This document shows positions 1-9,266 of a stretch of DNA of 46,530 nucleotides, in pieces. Within the stretch, counting starts at the first letter, position 1, and each line of letters opens with the position of its first letter. Origin of the DNA: a virus; the IMG/VR virus record IMGVR_UViG_3300038701_001117, positions 1-46,530 of that record; one strand, 5' to 3'. The notes under the pieces are model-generated. The model was not told where the DNA came from. It made no database searches and worked only from the letters and a program-made list of their open reading frames with translations. The translations under genes were made by a program, and so were the position numbers.

Positions 1-127
1 TCAATAATACATACAAATACCATGATTTCATAGTATATACAGTTAAAACATTGAAATAATATATACAGGCAGGACAAGGGGTAGGGGGCAAGCTATTATA
101 TAGGGAAATAAGTATTATTAGATATAT
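1..127. repeat. Terminal direct repeat, left copy (identical to 46404..46530)
   Basis: tcaataatacatac...agtattattagatatat compared base by base with the 3' end of the window; exact 127-bp match. Confidence 0.9.
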
Positions 128-421
128 ACCCATAGAACACACATTCTATATTTTCTCCCCCTGGGTTCCTGAATATCTTAAATACGTAGTATTTTTCTGA
201 CACTATAAAAAGAGATAGGGTGTTAATAGGGAATCTATACAGAATTAGAGAGTAAAATCAAGGACTTAGTTTAGATATATTAGCTAAAGTATTGATTTTA
301 TTCGTATTTTTAAAATTTATAGCTCGCTGCTGGCGTTTATCGCCACAGCTCGCTAGAGGGAAACTTAAGAATCCCCAGAGGATTATTGTTCAATTAACTA
401 AATTACTAGGAGTTGGTGGTG

Positions 422-655
422 ATGGACTTAGGTCATGACGGCATATTAGCCTCTCTAGGCGCCTTTTTTATTGGGGCTTGGGGGTATATAGTCCGAAGGC
501 AAAATAATCGTACAGATAAGGCGTATGAGCTTCTAGAGAAGAAATTAGATAAGGAAGATGCTAGATATCTTATTACAGATAAGATAGACCCTATCCAGGA
601 AGATATTCGAGAAATGAAACAAGACATAAAAGATATTAAGAATAGCGTAAAATAA
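422..655 (+). CDS. Small membrane protein with charged coiled-coil tail; holin candidate
   Basis: Track ORF 413..655. ATG at 422 lies 9 nt after AGGAG (408-412). One hydrophobic segment (ILASLGAFFIGAWGYIV) then a K/E/D-rich tail. Sits immediately upstream of terS, as holin gp17.5 does in T7. Confidence 0.5.
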   Translation: MDLGHDGILASLGAFFIGAWGYIVRRQNNRTDKAYELLEKKLDKEDARYLITDKIDPIQEDIREMKQDIKDIKNSVK

Positions 656-666
656 GAGGCATTAGA

Positions 667-1122
667 GTGGCCAAAAGGGGCAGACCTACAAAATATAAAA
701 AGAAGTATTGTGAGGAGGTGATCGAATTATCTAAACAAGGGTATTTTGATTCCATGATATATGCAGAATGGGGTATCTCAAAAGAAACCTATTATGCTTG
801 GAAAAGAGAACACCCTGAATTCAAAGAAGCTGCAGATGTTGCTATTCACCACTTTGAATCATTCATGTGGAAACAACACTTAGAGGGAAAGATACCCTTT
901 AAAACCTTCATTGCAGCTATGAATGCTAAATGCGATTGGAATGGAACCTCCACAAAGCAGTCAAAAACTGGTGATACGGTCAATATAGGACATATGAACG
1001 TATTATCCTCTTCTGATAAAGATGTTAATAAACGACTTGAGTATTTAATGGAAAAACATGGGTATAATCTCCCTTCTAGTGGGGAAACTGGAAACATAAT
1101 AGAACATGACGCAGAAGAATAA
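667..1122 (+). CDS. terS: Terminase small subunit
   Basis: N-terminal MAKRGRPTKY plus an HTH-like segment (GISKETYYAWKREHPEFKEA) typical of phage TerS; overlaps the start of terL. Confidence 0.7.
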   Translation: MAKRGRPTKYKKKYCEEVIELSKQGYFDSMIYAEWGISKETYYAWKREHPEFKEAADVAIHHFESFMWKQHLEGKIPFKTFIAAMNAKCDWNGTSTKQSKTGDTVNIGHMNVLSSSDKDVNKRLEYLMEKHGYNLPSSGETGNIIEHDAEE

Positions 1123-2686
1123 AACCTTAACAGAACAAGAAAAGCTAGAATTACTCCAGATTCTTGAGAAGAAGGATGAAGAGGATAGATATAATAAAGC
1201 GAAGGTATTCTTCTTTCAAGATAAGAAGATTGACCCTGTTACAGGGCAGGATATTAGTAGAGATAAATACACTAAACATTTAGAGGTATTTAAAGCTACT
1301 AAAGACTTTAATGAATTGGCTGTTATTGCTCCAAATAGAACAGGTAAGTCAGAATTAGGGTCTTATTTATTCAGTATCCTGTTAACTAAAGATTATCCTT
1401 CCTGGTGGGAAGGTAGAAGATTAACCCCAGGGGCAAAGGAGTTTATTGCTGTAGGTAAGACTAACTTGGCTACACGTAATGTGCTTCAGAAGAAGCTTCT
1501 AGGGTCTAAGAATGACTTAGGTACGGGTATGATACCCTTAGCCGAAAAGAATAATGGAGTAGGTATTGTCAGTGTGACTACAAAACCTCAACCTAGTGGA
1601 GCTATTCTGGATGCTTGGATTAGAGATGTTAATGGGGATTTAAACCATCTTCAGATGCTATCTCGAGACCAGGACGAAGGTGTTGTAATGGGTATGGAGC
1701 TCGATGCAGCATGGTTCGATGAAGACGATGGAAGTCCTCAGGCGGCTCTCTGGTACAATGAAACGTTAATGCGTATGACTACAACCAAAGGTTTTATTAT
1801 ATCAACGTTTACACCGTGGCCAGATGGTATGACCTCAGCTATTATGCGGTTTATGCCAGGTAGACAATTCCCCGAAGGGAATGTAGTTAAAGATGAGAAT
1901 GGTAAGAACCTAGATAGGTTCTGTATTAATTTCACTTTAGATGATGCTCCTCATTTAACAGATAAAATGAAACAACAGATGTTAGATAAGTATAAAGGGG
2001 CAGAAAGGGATGCTCGTTGTTTTGGCTTACCTAATTTAGGTAAGGGTGCTATTTATCCTATCCCAGCAGACCAATTAGTTGTACCTCCATTTGAAATACC
2101 AGAACATTGGCCCAGAGCGTATGGATTAGACTTTGGACACCAAGAAACAGCGGCAGTATGGGTAGCATGTGACCCTAATACTGATACGCACTATATATAT
2201 GCTGAATATCATCTAGGAGCTCAGACTCCTTATCAACACGTAGAAAATATAAAAAGTAAATGCATTGATGCTAACGGTAATTATATAGCTCTCCAGGGTG
2301 CATGTGACCCTTCCGGAGGCGGTAGATATAAAGAGACTACATTATTAGTAGATGAATTTAGAAATCTAGGATTAGAACTGACTCCAGGTAATAATGCTCT
2401 AGTCCCAGGGATTACACGAGTCCTCAATAGGATGTCAAACGACAGACTTAAAGTATTTGCAACCTGTCCTCACTTTTTAGAAGAATTATCTTTATATCAT
2501 TACAATGATCAAGGTAAACCAGCTAGAGGGCAAGATGATCACGAATTAGATGCTTATCGTTATATAGAAAGTCGATTCGACTATATAGCCACATCTGTAC
2601 AAGAAATAACGATGGCTGAATATAATATCGAGGAAGCTATGCAACAAATGGCTTCCCACACACGTAATAAATGGACGGGTTATTAA
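1106..2686 (+). CDS. terL: Terminase large subunit
   Basis: Walker A-like APNRTGKS, Walker B-like AAWFDEDDG, nuclease-domain acidic motifs (YGLDFGH, DDHELDAYRY); 526 aa. Confidence 0.9.
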   Translation: MTQKNKTLTEQEKLELLQILEKKDEEDRYNKAKVFFFQDKKIDPVTGQDISRDKYTKHLEVFKATKDFNELAVIAPNRTGKSELGSYLFSILLTKDYPSWWEGRRLTPGAKEFIAVGKTNLATRNVLQKKLLGSKNDLGTGMIPLAEKNNGVGIVSVTTKPQPSGAILDAWIRDVNGDLNHLQMLSRDQDEGVVMGMELDAAWFDEDDGSPQAALWYNETLMRMTTTKGFIISTFTPWPDGMTSAIMRFMPGRQFPEGNVVKDENGKNLDRFCINFTLDDAPHLTDKMKQQMLDKYKGAERDARCFGLPNLGKGAIYPIPADQLVVPPFEIPEHWPRAYGLDFGHQETAAVWVACDPNTDTHYIYAEYHLGAQTPYQHVENIKSKCIDANGNYIALQGACDPSGGGRYKETTLLVDEFRNLGLELTPGNNALVPGITRVLNRMSNDRLKVFATCPHFLEELSLYHYNDQGKPARGQDDHELDAYRYIESRFDYIATSVQEITMAEYNIEEAMQQMASHTRNKWTGY

Positions 2687-4707
2687 TGATTGAAAAACTA
2701 TTAAATAATATCCAGAAAGGTAATCTTGCTGAAGATATGGATGAACAGGAACGTAATGAAATCGCTATGGCGGTTGTACGTGACTATGAAATAGATAAAG
2801 ACAGTAGAGAGAAGTGGCTTGAGATTAACCAAGAAGCCATGGATATTATTCATATGGATGGAGACATCGCTGAAGATAGGGATTACCCTTTTAAGAATTC
2901 AGCTAAGGTTATCTACCCACTATTGACAGAATCTATTATTCAATTCTCCTCTATGTTAATACCTCATATAGTAAGAGGGAACAAAGCTATGTTCGTTGAT
3001 GTACATGGCGAAGACCCAGAAGGGTTAATACAAGAAAAAGCCACAGCTGTTTCTAAGTATGTGAATTATGATCTTCTAAAGAGACGAGGCGGAGAATGGG
3101 TATTAGACTCGCATAAGGCTATTACAGTCTTAGTGTCTTGGGGTGTAGTCTTTAAACGAGTTAAATACTCTGTATTGAAAGAAGACATCGTTAGTGAGAT
3201 ATTACATCCACAAGATGTTATTATTAATGCTAATGTTTCTCGTTTGAGTGAATGTCCTAGATATACAATATTAAATTATATTAATAAAAATAATGTTCAA
3301 GCAAGAATTAATGCAGGGGAATTCTGTTCTGATATAGACCCTGAGTTATTATATGAATCCGAGAATCTATCTACAGATAATGATCCTCGAGATTCTGACC
3401 CTATTCAAGAGATAGCAGAACAATATAGATTAATCGATATGGATGATGACGGCTACGCAGAACCTTATATTGCGTATGTTCATATTCCTACTCAAACCTT
3501 ATTAGGTCTATATGCAGCCTATGATGTAGATGATATCATTTTAAATGAAGATCATAAATTAAAAGAAATTAAATCTTCTAAAGAGATTATTGATTTCCAT
3601 TGTATAGATGATCCAGATGGTGGATTCTATAGTTTAGGTTTAAATCATTTATTATTAAACTTAACATTAAGTGCTACTCATGTGTTAAGAAGTTATTTAG
3701 ATGCTTCCACAAGAGCTAATAGTGCTAACGGGTTTGTAACTAAGGCATTAAAAACAAAAGGACAGAATTTACGGTTCACAGAGCCTGATGAATTCAAAGT
3801 GTTGGATGTTATGCCTGACACAGATATCAACAAGCAGTTTGCTATGTTGCCTTATAAAGATGTATCACCAGTGGCATTCCAGTTGCTAGGGTTCCTAACT
3901 CAAGCAGGCGAGAAGATGAGTATGGTAACAGAAGTCCTATCAGGTGAGACCTTAGGACAGAATACCCCAGCCACCAACATGCTAGCAATGATAGAGAATG
4001 GTACAAGAGCATTTAAGCCTGTAGTACAAAAATTAATGTATTCTCAACAACAAGAATTAAGATTAAGATTTAAACTATATCAAAAATATCTAAGTGATTC
4101 TGAATATAGGGAGTTCCATAATAACCCAACCTATATCGTTAAGGACCACTTTAATTTAAAGACATATGATGTATGTCCAGTGGCTGACCCTAACTTAAGC
4201 TCAGAAGCTCATAAATATATGAAGTGGAATGCTATCTTACAATCTATTGAGCTTATTCCAAATAAGATGGCGGTTATTAGAGATTATATGGAAACCTTAG
4301 AGTTACCTGATAATAAAATACAAGAATACTTAACTATGCCTCAACCTCAAGGGCCTAATCCAGATGAGATTGAACTACAGTTAAAAGTACAAGAGCAACA
4401 ACACAAACAAATGGTAGATCAAAAGAAATTAGATCTACAGGTTATGCAACAACAACAAGAGCAATTGAAAGTTGCTAATGAGAAATTGAAAACAACTATT
4501 GCTGAAAGACAGCAACAATTGAAAGAGTATGAATCAGCAGCCAAAGTGCAAAAGATGCAGGCTGACGCACGGAAGGATAGTATGGAAGCTACTCTCAAGG
4601 ATGACCATGTCAGAAACGAAGAGAGGAAGTTAGACATTGAAGAAAGAAGAGTTGATGTTATGGAAAGAACTGCACGTTACAAGGCAGATTCTGAAGAAAA
4701 TAACTAA
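2671..4707 (+). CDS. Portal protein with C-terminal Q/E/K-rich coiled coil (P22-like barrel)
   Basis: 678 aa directly after terL. The last ~100 aa are heptad-like and Q/K/E-rich (QLKVQEQQHKQMVDQKKLDLQVMQQQQEQLK...). Alternative start at ATG 2686 (TAATG overlap). Confidence 0.8.
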   Translation: MDGLLMIEKLLNNIQKGNLAEDMDEQERNEIAMAVVRDYEIDKDSREKWLEINQEAMDIIHMDGDIAEDRDYPFKNSAKVIYPLLTESIIQFSSMLIPHIVRGNKAMFVDVHGEDPEGLIQEKATAVSKYVNYDLLKRRGGEWVLDSHKAITVLVSWGVVFKRVKYSVLKEDIVSEILHPQDVIINANVSRLSECPRYTILNYINKNNVQARINAGEFCSDIDPELLYESENLSTDNDPRDSDPIQEIAEQYRLIDMDDDGYAEPYIAYVHIPTQTLLGLYAAYDVDDIILNEDHKLKEIKSSKEIIDFHCIDDPDGGFYSLGLNHLLLNLTLSATHVLRSYLDASTRANSANGFVTKALKTKGQNLRFTEPDEFKVLDVMPDTDINKQFAMLPYKDVSPVAFQLLGFLTQAGEKMSMVTEVLSGETLGQNTPATNMLAMIENGTRAFKPVVQKLMYSQQQELRLRFKLYQKYLSDSEYREFHNNPTYIVKDHFNLKTYDVCPVADPNLSSEAHKYMKWNAILQSIELIPNKMAVIRDYMETLELPDNKIQEYLTMPQPQGPNPDEIELQLKVQEQQHKQMVDQKKLDLQVMQQQQEQLKVANEKLKTTIAERQQQLKEYESAAKVQKMQADARKDSMEATLKDDHVRNEERKLDIEERRVDVMERTARYKADSEENN

Positions 4708-4864
4708 AGAGATTAGAGACTATGAAGGCGCTGTTATAAATAACAATACAGACGCTAAGGATGCTAGTGAACTTATGGGCATCTATCTAAACCGAGTTGG
4801 TTATATAAGAGGGCTTAAATATATATTTAAGTTATTAGACGAGAGTAAGAGTGAAGAGGAGTAA
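4655..4864 (+). CDS. Hypothetical small protein
   Basis: Track ORF 4637..4864 (TTG start); ATG at 4655 follows a purine-rich stretch; overlaps the portal 3' end in another frame. Confidence 0.35.
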   Translation: MLWKELHVTRQILKKITKEIRDYEGAVINNNTDAKDASELMGIYLNRVGYIRGLKYIFKLLDESKSEEE

Positions 4865-4866
4865 TT

Positions 4867-5277
4867 ATGTCTGTATATGACAAGACTATCATTTACAAAG
4901 GCGTTGAACTTCCTAAACCAGTAGGATGTAGCATACTAATAGAAGTAAGCGACAAATATCTGGATGAAGGAGGAGAAACAAAGTCAGAAGGAGGTATTAT
5001 TATATCTCAAAAAGCTGCTCAACAGGAACGTTATGGTTCATGTGTAGGGACAGTCGTAGCATTAGGTGAGGACACATATAATGATGTTTTCAATCGAGCT
5101 AGAGGATGTAAAGAGCCCTGGTGTCAAGCAGGAGACCTAGTGATGTTAGCATCGCATAGTGGTCGAATTATCCCTAATGAAGCAGGTGCAGAGTTTACCC
5201 ACGGACGATTTCAAATGGTAAATGATGAGCAAATTATTGCTGTTTACGGAGCAAAAAAGAGAGGTGAGAAGAAATGA
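4867..5277 (+). CDS. GroES/Cpn10-like co-chaperonin
   Basis: ETKSEGGIIIS ... GTVVALGED ... AGDLVML ... IIAVYG tracks the GroES pattern ETKSAGGIVLT ... GEVLAVGNG ... VGDIVIF ... ILAIVEA; lies between portal and scaffold. Confidence 0.6.
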   Translation: MSVYDKTIIYKGVELPKPVGCSILIEVSDKYLDEGGETKSEGGIIISQKAAQQERYGSCVGTVVALGEDTYNDVFNRARGCKEPWCQAGDLVMLASHSGRIIPNEAGAEFTHGRFQMVNDEQIIAVYGAKKRGEKK

Positions 5278-6134
5278 GTAATGAAGAAGAAATGAATCTT
5301 CAACAAGAAGAGGAAGCATTAGAACAAGAATTAATGCAAGTAGAAGAAGAAGTAGAAGTTCAAGAGGTAGAAGAAGTACCTGAACGCCCTAATGGATACA
5401 TTGATAATGTAGATGATTTTGTCAGGAAGACAGGACGACCAGCATCAGAGTTTAAAAGTAAAGAGCAATATGATACTTATGGACAACTTATAAATCAAAT
5501 TAAAAAACTTGAAAGCAAGATTCAGACACAAAATAAAGTATCTGAGGAAATGGGTCGTATGTATGTTAAACTAGAACAAGATAGCTATCAAAAAGCTAGA
5601 GCCGACCTCGAACAGCAGTTACAACAAGCTGTTGATATGGGAGACTTTCATCAAGTTCAACAGGTTAACAACGAACTTAACAGAATCAATAGTCAAGAAG
5701 ATTCTTTAAGACAGAGACAAATGTTAGAAGAACGAAACAAGGCTGAGCAGGCGTTCATGGAACGTAATGCTAGCTGGTATAATGAGGCTAATCCTGAATG
5801 GGTACGAAAAGCTAACGAACTAGCAAGTACCTACGCAGCGAGAAACCCTAACTTAACGTTAAATGATGTTTGTGAATTAGTCGAAAAAGAAATGCTTCTA
5901 AATCACGTTAAACAAAACGAAATTAGAAAAACAACACCAGACATTTCACGTAATGAGTCTATGATGAATAAAAGTGCAGCGGTTACAGGCGGAAGCGGTG
6001 GCGCGGCATTTAATCGATTAGATGCTAAACGTAAAAAAGAGTATTTTCAAATGAGAAATCAATTCCAACAAATGGGTGTTGATTATTCAAAAGAGAAGTT
6101 TTTAGAGTATGTCCAAAATGAGTATGGAGAGTAA
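5274..6134 (+). CDS. Scaffolding protein
   Basis: E/Q-rich, coiled-coil-like 286 aa lying between portal and capsid genes; ATGA overlap with the upstream gene. Confidence 0.6.
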   Translation: MSNEEEMNLQQEEEALEQELMQVEEEVEVQEVEEVPERPNGYIDNVDDFVRKTGRPASEFKSKEQYDTYGQLINQIKKLESKIQTQNKVSEEMGRMYVKLEQDSYQKARADLEQQLQQAVDMGDFHQVQQVNNELNRINSQEDSLRQRQMLEERNKAEQAFMERNASWYNEANPEWVRKANELASTYAARNPNLTLNDVCELVEKEMLLNHVKQNEIRKTTPDISRNESMMNKSAAVTGGSGGAAFNRLDAKRKKEYFQMRNQFQQMGVDYSKEKFLEYVQNEYGE

Positions 6135-6135
6135 A

Positions 6136-6645
6136 ATGGTTGATAAAAGTAAGACCAATAAAAAAGTAGATGATAATAATGATATCTTACCAGATGTGTC
6201 ATTAAAAGCAAGAAAAGATATACGGGAGCAATTTAGAGCACCTTTAAATATTCGTTATTTACATGACCTACCAAGTCATTTAAAAGAACCAGGTTTCGTG
6301 TACCGAAGGATAAGAACACACTATAAGACAGATCCCTATCGTATCGATCGTTGCTTCGAGATGGGATGGGAGATGGTATTAACAGACGGCAATGAAGTAT
6401 GCTATTTAGGAAATGCAACGAAAAATAAAGACAATATTAGATTGTCACCAATAGAGGTAACATCCACAGTTCACGGGATCAAATCGTTCTGGATGCGTAT
6501 ACCTCAAGAGAGATTTGATGAGATTAGAGAAGAAAGACGCGAAAAACGTCTACAGCAACAACGTCGTTCAGTTACACGGAAGAGTCAAGGTGATTCAGTA
6601 CGAGAACAAGATAACGACATTTATGATCCCGACACAAATGTATAA
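6136..6645 (+). CDS. Hypothetical head-module protein, basic C-terminus
   Basis: Track ORF 6109..6645; ATG 6136 is preceded by GGAGAG and sits just past the scaffold stop codon. Confidence 0.5.
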   Translation: MVDKSKTNKKVDDNNDILPDVSLKARKDIREQFRAPLNIRYLHDLPSHLKEPGFVYRRIRTHYKTDPYRIDRCFEMGWEMVLTDGNEVCYLGNATKNKDNIRLSPIEVTSTVHGIKSFWMRIPQERFDEIREERREKRLQQQRRSVTRKSQGDSVREQDNDIYDPDTNV

Positions 6646-6673
6646 ACGAAATATTTAATAGGAGTACTAAATT

Positions 6674-7258
6674 ATGGCTGGATTTGGATTCAGAAACCAT
6701 GACGGTACAGTTGTACAACCAATAAAATGTATTGCGTTAGCCGGAGAAGCTAATATTCTTGGTAAAGGTGATGCAGTCATTTTAGGCGGTAGTTCAGGTT
6801 CAATAGGGAAAGACAAGGTAGTACCTTCAATTACCTTAGCATCAGCAGGTGCAGGTAATGCACTATATGGCTTTATTGTAGGATTTGAACAGCACAACGT
6901 AGCGAGTGGTCTATCTTTAGACCGTACACACCGTCCCGCTGAAACAGCGATGTATTGCTTAGTGGAACCTTTTGTTCCAGGCGCAAGGTATCGTATACAA
7001 GCAGACGGAGCACTAGCAGCAACTGATGTTGGTGGACTTTTAAACTTAGCTACTTTAGCTGACGCTGATACTGTAACGGGTATATCAAAAATGCAAGCAT
7101 CTGCTGCATCTATTGATGTTGGCGGATTATCAACCAATGAACAAATGAGATTATTGGGCGTAGTTGACGATGGTAATAATGCTATTACTGACTCTACACC
7201 TGACGTCATTGTTCAGATTAATAATCTACAAACTGTAAATGCTTCAGCAGGCTTATAA
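6674..7258 (+). CDS. Putative capsid decoration / auxiliary capsid protein
   Basis: 194 aa, Gly/Ala-rich, immediately upstream of the major capsid gene (lambda D-E-like order); AGGAG RBS. Confidence 0.4.
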   Translation: MAGFGFRNHDGTVVQPIKCIALAGEANILGKGDAVILGGSSGSIGKDKVVPSITLASAGAGNALYGFIVGFEQHNVASGLSLDRTHRPAETAMYCLVEPFVPGARYRIQADGALAATDVGGLLNLATLADADTVTGISKMQASAASIDVGGLSTNEQMRLLGVVDDGNNAITDSTPDVIVQINNLQTVNASAGL

Positions 7259-7279
7259 TTTAAACGGGAGTAATTAAAA

Positions 7280-8194
7280 ATGGCTTTACAAGGAAAAATG
7301 ACTACCGGTTTAAACCCACGCCAGCTGCAAGAAGGTTTGGATCTTATTATAGACGAAAATCTTAAGCATGCGTATTATGGGATGTTTCAGGAGATCTTTA
7401 AAAAGGTCCCTCATCACAAAGCATACTACGAAATGCAAAAACTAGCTGGTATGGGTGTAGCCGGTGTTAAAGGTGAAGGCGAAGCTATCCAAAGCTACGA
7501 CTCCATCGATCAACATTGGGTTCATCGCTTCCCTATGATTACATACGAGAAATCAGCTCGTATTACTCTGGAAGCTCAAGAATACAACCTATACATGGAC
7601 TATCTACCTAGAATTGGTAAAGAACTTGTGAAAGCACACAAAGTTCGTCAAGATTTAGAAGGCGCTAACATCTTTAATGATGCGTTCGCTTCTGTAACCT
7701 ATGGCGACGGTAAAGTGCTTTGTGCAAATGACCATCCACTTCAAGCAGGCGGAACAGTCGATAACTTAATCTCAGCTGACTTCGATGAAGACGCTATTGA
7801 ACAAATGCGTATTCTCGCTTATCAGATGAAAAATGATGACGGTATTGAAGGTGACTACGAGTTAACTAAACTTGTATATCCTGTCAACCTAACGCACGAA
7901 GTCGATCGTGTTCTTATGTCTCCGTTACGTCCTGCAACCGCAGACAATGACATTAACGTAAACAAAGAACGTGGTGACTTAGAAAAATGCATGTGGAAAC
8001 GTTTAACAGATACTGACGCATTCTTTGCTGTCACTAACGCTGACGACGGTTTCATCTTAGCTGAACATATGGGTATCAAATCTAAACGATTTGGTGAAGA
8101 ATTTACCTGGGATACTGTTGTATCTACAATTTCTATGTGGAGAATGTTAGTAGGTGATTCTGCAAGAGCCTGTATCGGATCTGCTGGCGTTTAA
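7280..8194 (+). CDS. Major capsid protein (HK97 fold)
   Basis: 304 aa at the canonical position; GGGAG RBS; followed by the only clear hairpin plus T-rich tract in the late region; composition typical of an MCP. Confidence 0.75.
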   Translation: MALQGKMTTGLNPRQLQEGLDLIIDENLKHAYYGMFQEIFKKVPHHKAYYEMQKLAGMGVAGVKGEGEAIQSYDSIDQHWVHRFPMITYEKSARITLEAQEYNLYMDYLPRIGKELVKAHKVRQDLEGANIFNDAFASVTYGDGKVLCANDHPLQAGGTVDNLISADFDEDAIEQMRILAYQMKNDDGIEGDYELTKLVYPVNLTHEVDRVLMSPLRPATADNDINVNKERGDLEKCMWKRLTDTDAFFAVTNADDGFILAEHMGIKSKRFGEEFTWDTVVSTISMWRMLVGDSARACIGSAGV

Positions 8195-8205
8195 TTAATC
8201 AACAT

Positions 8206-8270
8206 AAATCACTAGGGGGCCTTGTGCCCCTGATGTGTCCTAAACACGTAGTGATTTATTTATTATTTTA
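8206..8270 (+). terminator. Putative intrinsic terminator/attenuator after the capsid gene
   Basis: aaatcacta (8206-8214) pairs with tagtgattt (8249-8257); inner GC hairpin ggggc-cttgt-gcccc (8216-8230); followed by atttattatttt. Confidence 0.5.
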
Positions 8271-8280
8271 GGAGAATAAA

Positions 8281-9264
8281 ATGACAACTTTTAGTGACCA
8301 AGTATACCAACTAGGCGGAGTACCTACCAATGGTTACTTTGCTGTAGGTAATACATGGTTTGTACGTCCTGGATCAGGTAACGACGGGAATAAAGGTGAT
8401 AAGCCTTCTCGAGCCTTTGCTACTTTAGCTAAAGCTCTTTCTGTTGCTACTGCTGATAACGGTGATGTCGTATATATGATATCAGAAGATAACAGCGCCA
8501 GTGGTACTACAGACTATCAGTCTTCTTCATTAGACTGGAATAAAGATGGTGTTCATTTAATTGGTGTAAACGGCTCAGGTAACTTTGTACAGCAAAGATC
8601 TAGAATCGCTCAACTATCATCAGCAACAGACGTAGATGATTTATTTACAGTCTCAGCTAACAACTGTTTGATTGCAAATATCAGTGTGTTTCATGGTGTA
8701 GACGATGCCGATTCAGTAGGTGCAGTTAAAGTAACCGGAGAACGAAACAGATTCTATAACTGTACTTTTTCAGGTATCGGTAATGCTACAATGGATACAG
8801 CTAATAACTTTAGCTTATCGGTATCAGGCGGTGCTGAAAACATATTTGAAAAATGTTACATTGGTTTAGATACTGTGGCCCGTGGTACAGCGGCTAATAG
8901 CGAGATTCGTTTAGAATCAGGTGCAACACGTAACATGTTTAAAGACTGTGTTATTGCTACCTATGCTGAGGCCAATACTCACCAATTCTTGATCGTCCCA
9001 TCAGCCGGACTAGATAGATGGACTATCTTCGATCATTGTATATTTATGAACATGCCTACTGGGGATGCTTCAGGTACTACAATGACTGAAGCCTTTGATG
9101 TGACTGGCGGCGGGTCGCCAGATGGTATCATATTACTTAACTTCTGTACTTTAGTGGGTGCTACCGATTGGGAAGCAGCTACCGAGTCTGGTAAAGTAGT
9201 GATACGTACTGACGCAGGTACAGCTGTAACTGCTGGTTTAACTGCAGATGTAGACGCATCTTAA
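8281..9264 (+). CDS. Structural protein with right-handed parallel beta-helix repeats (pectate-lyase-like)
   Basis: Periodic N-x-F/I-x-x-C motifs: NCLIANISV, NRFYNCTFSG, NIFEKCYIG, NMFKDCVIAT, TIFDHCIFMN. Confidence 0.5.
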   Translation: MTTFSDQVYQLGGVPTNGYFAVGNTWFVRPGSGNDGNKGDKPSRAFATLAKALSVATADNGDVVYMISEDNSASGTTDYQSSSLDWNKDGVHLIGVNGSGNFVQQRSRIAQLSSATDVDDLFTVSANNCLIANISVFHGVDDADSVGAVKVTGERNRFYNCTFSGIGNATMDTANNFSLSVSGGAENIFEKCYIGLDTVARGTAANSEIRLESGATRNMFKDCVIATYAEANTHQFLIVPSAGLDRWTIFDHCIFMNMPTGDASGTTMTEAFDVTGGGSPDGIILLNFCTLVGATDWEAATESGKVVIRTDAGTAVTAGLTADVDAS

Positions 9265-9266
9265 TA

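Noticed and set aside
76-93. G-rich caaggggtagggggcaag as a G-quadruplex, and its partial inverted similarity to cctaccctcccc at 46283-46294
   Set aside because: There are only two G-runs, which is too few for a G4, and the inverted match is short and imperfect.
292-321. TTGATT-17/18-ATTTAT/TTTATA as a promoter for the late operon
   Set aside because: The -10 candidates match the consensus at only 3 of 6 positions, which is not distinguishable from AT-rich background.
6667-7209. 180-aa minus-strand ORF opposite the decoration-like gene
   Set aside because: It lies entirely antisense to 6674..7258, which has an AGGAG RBS and fits the operon. Its Ala/Ser/Pro-rich low-complexity product is typical of a shadow ORF.
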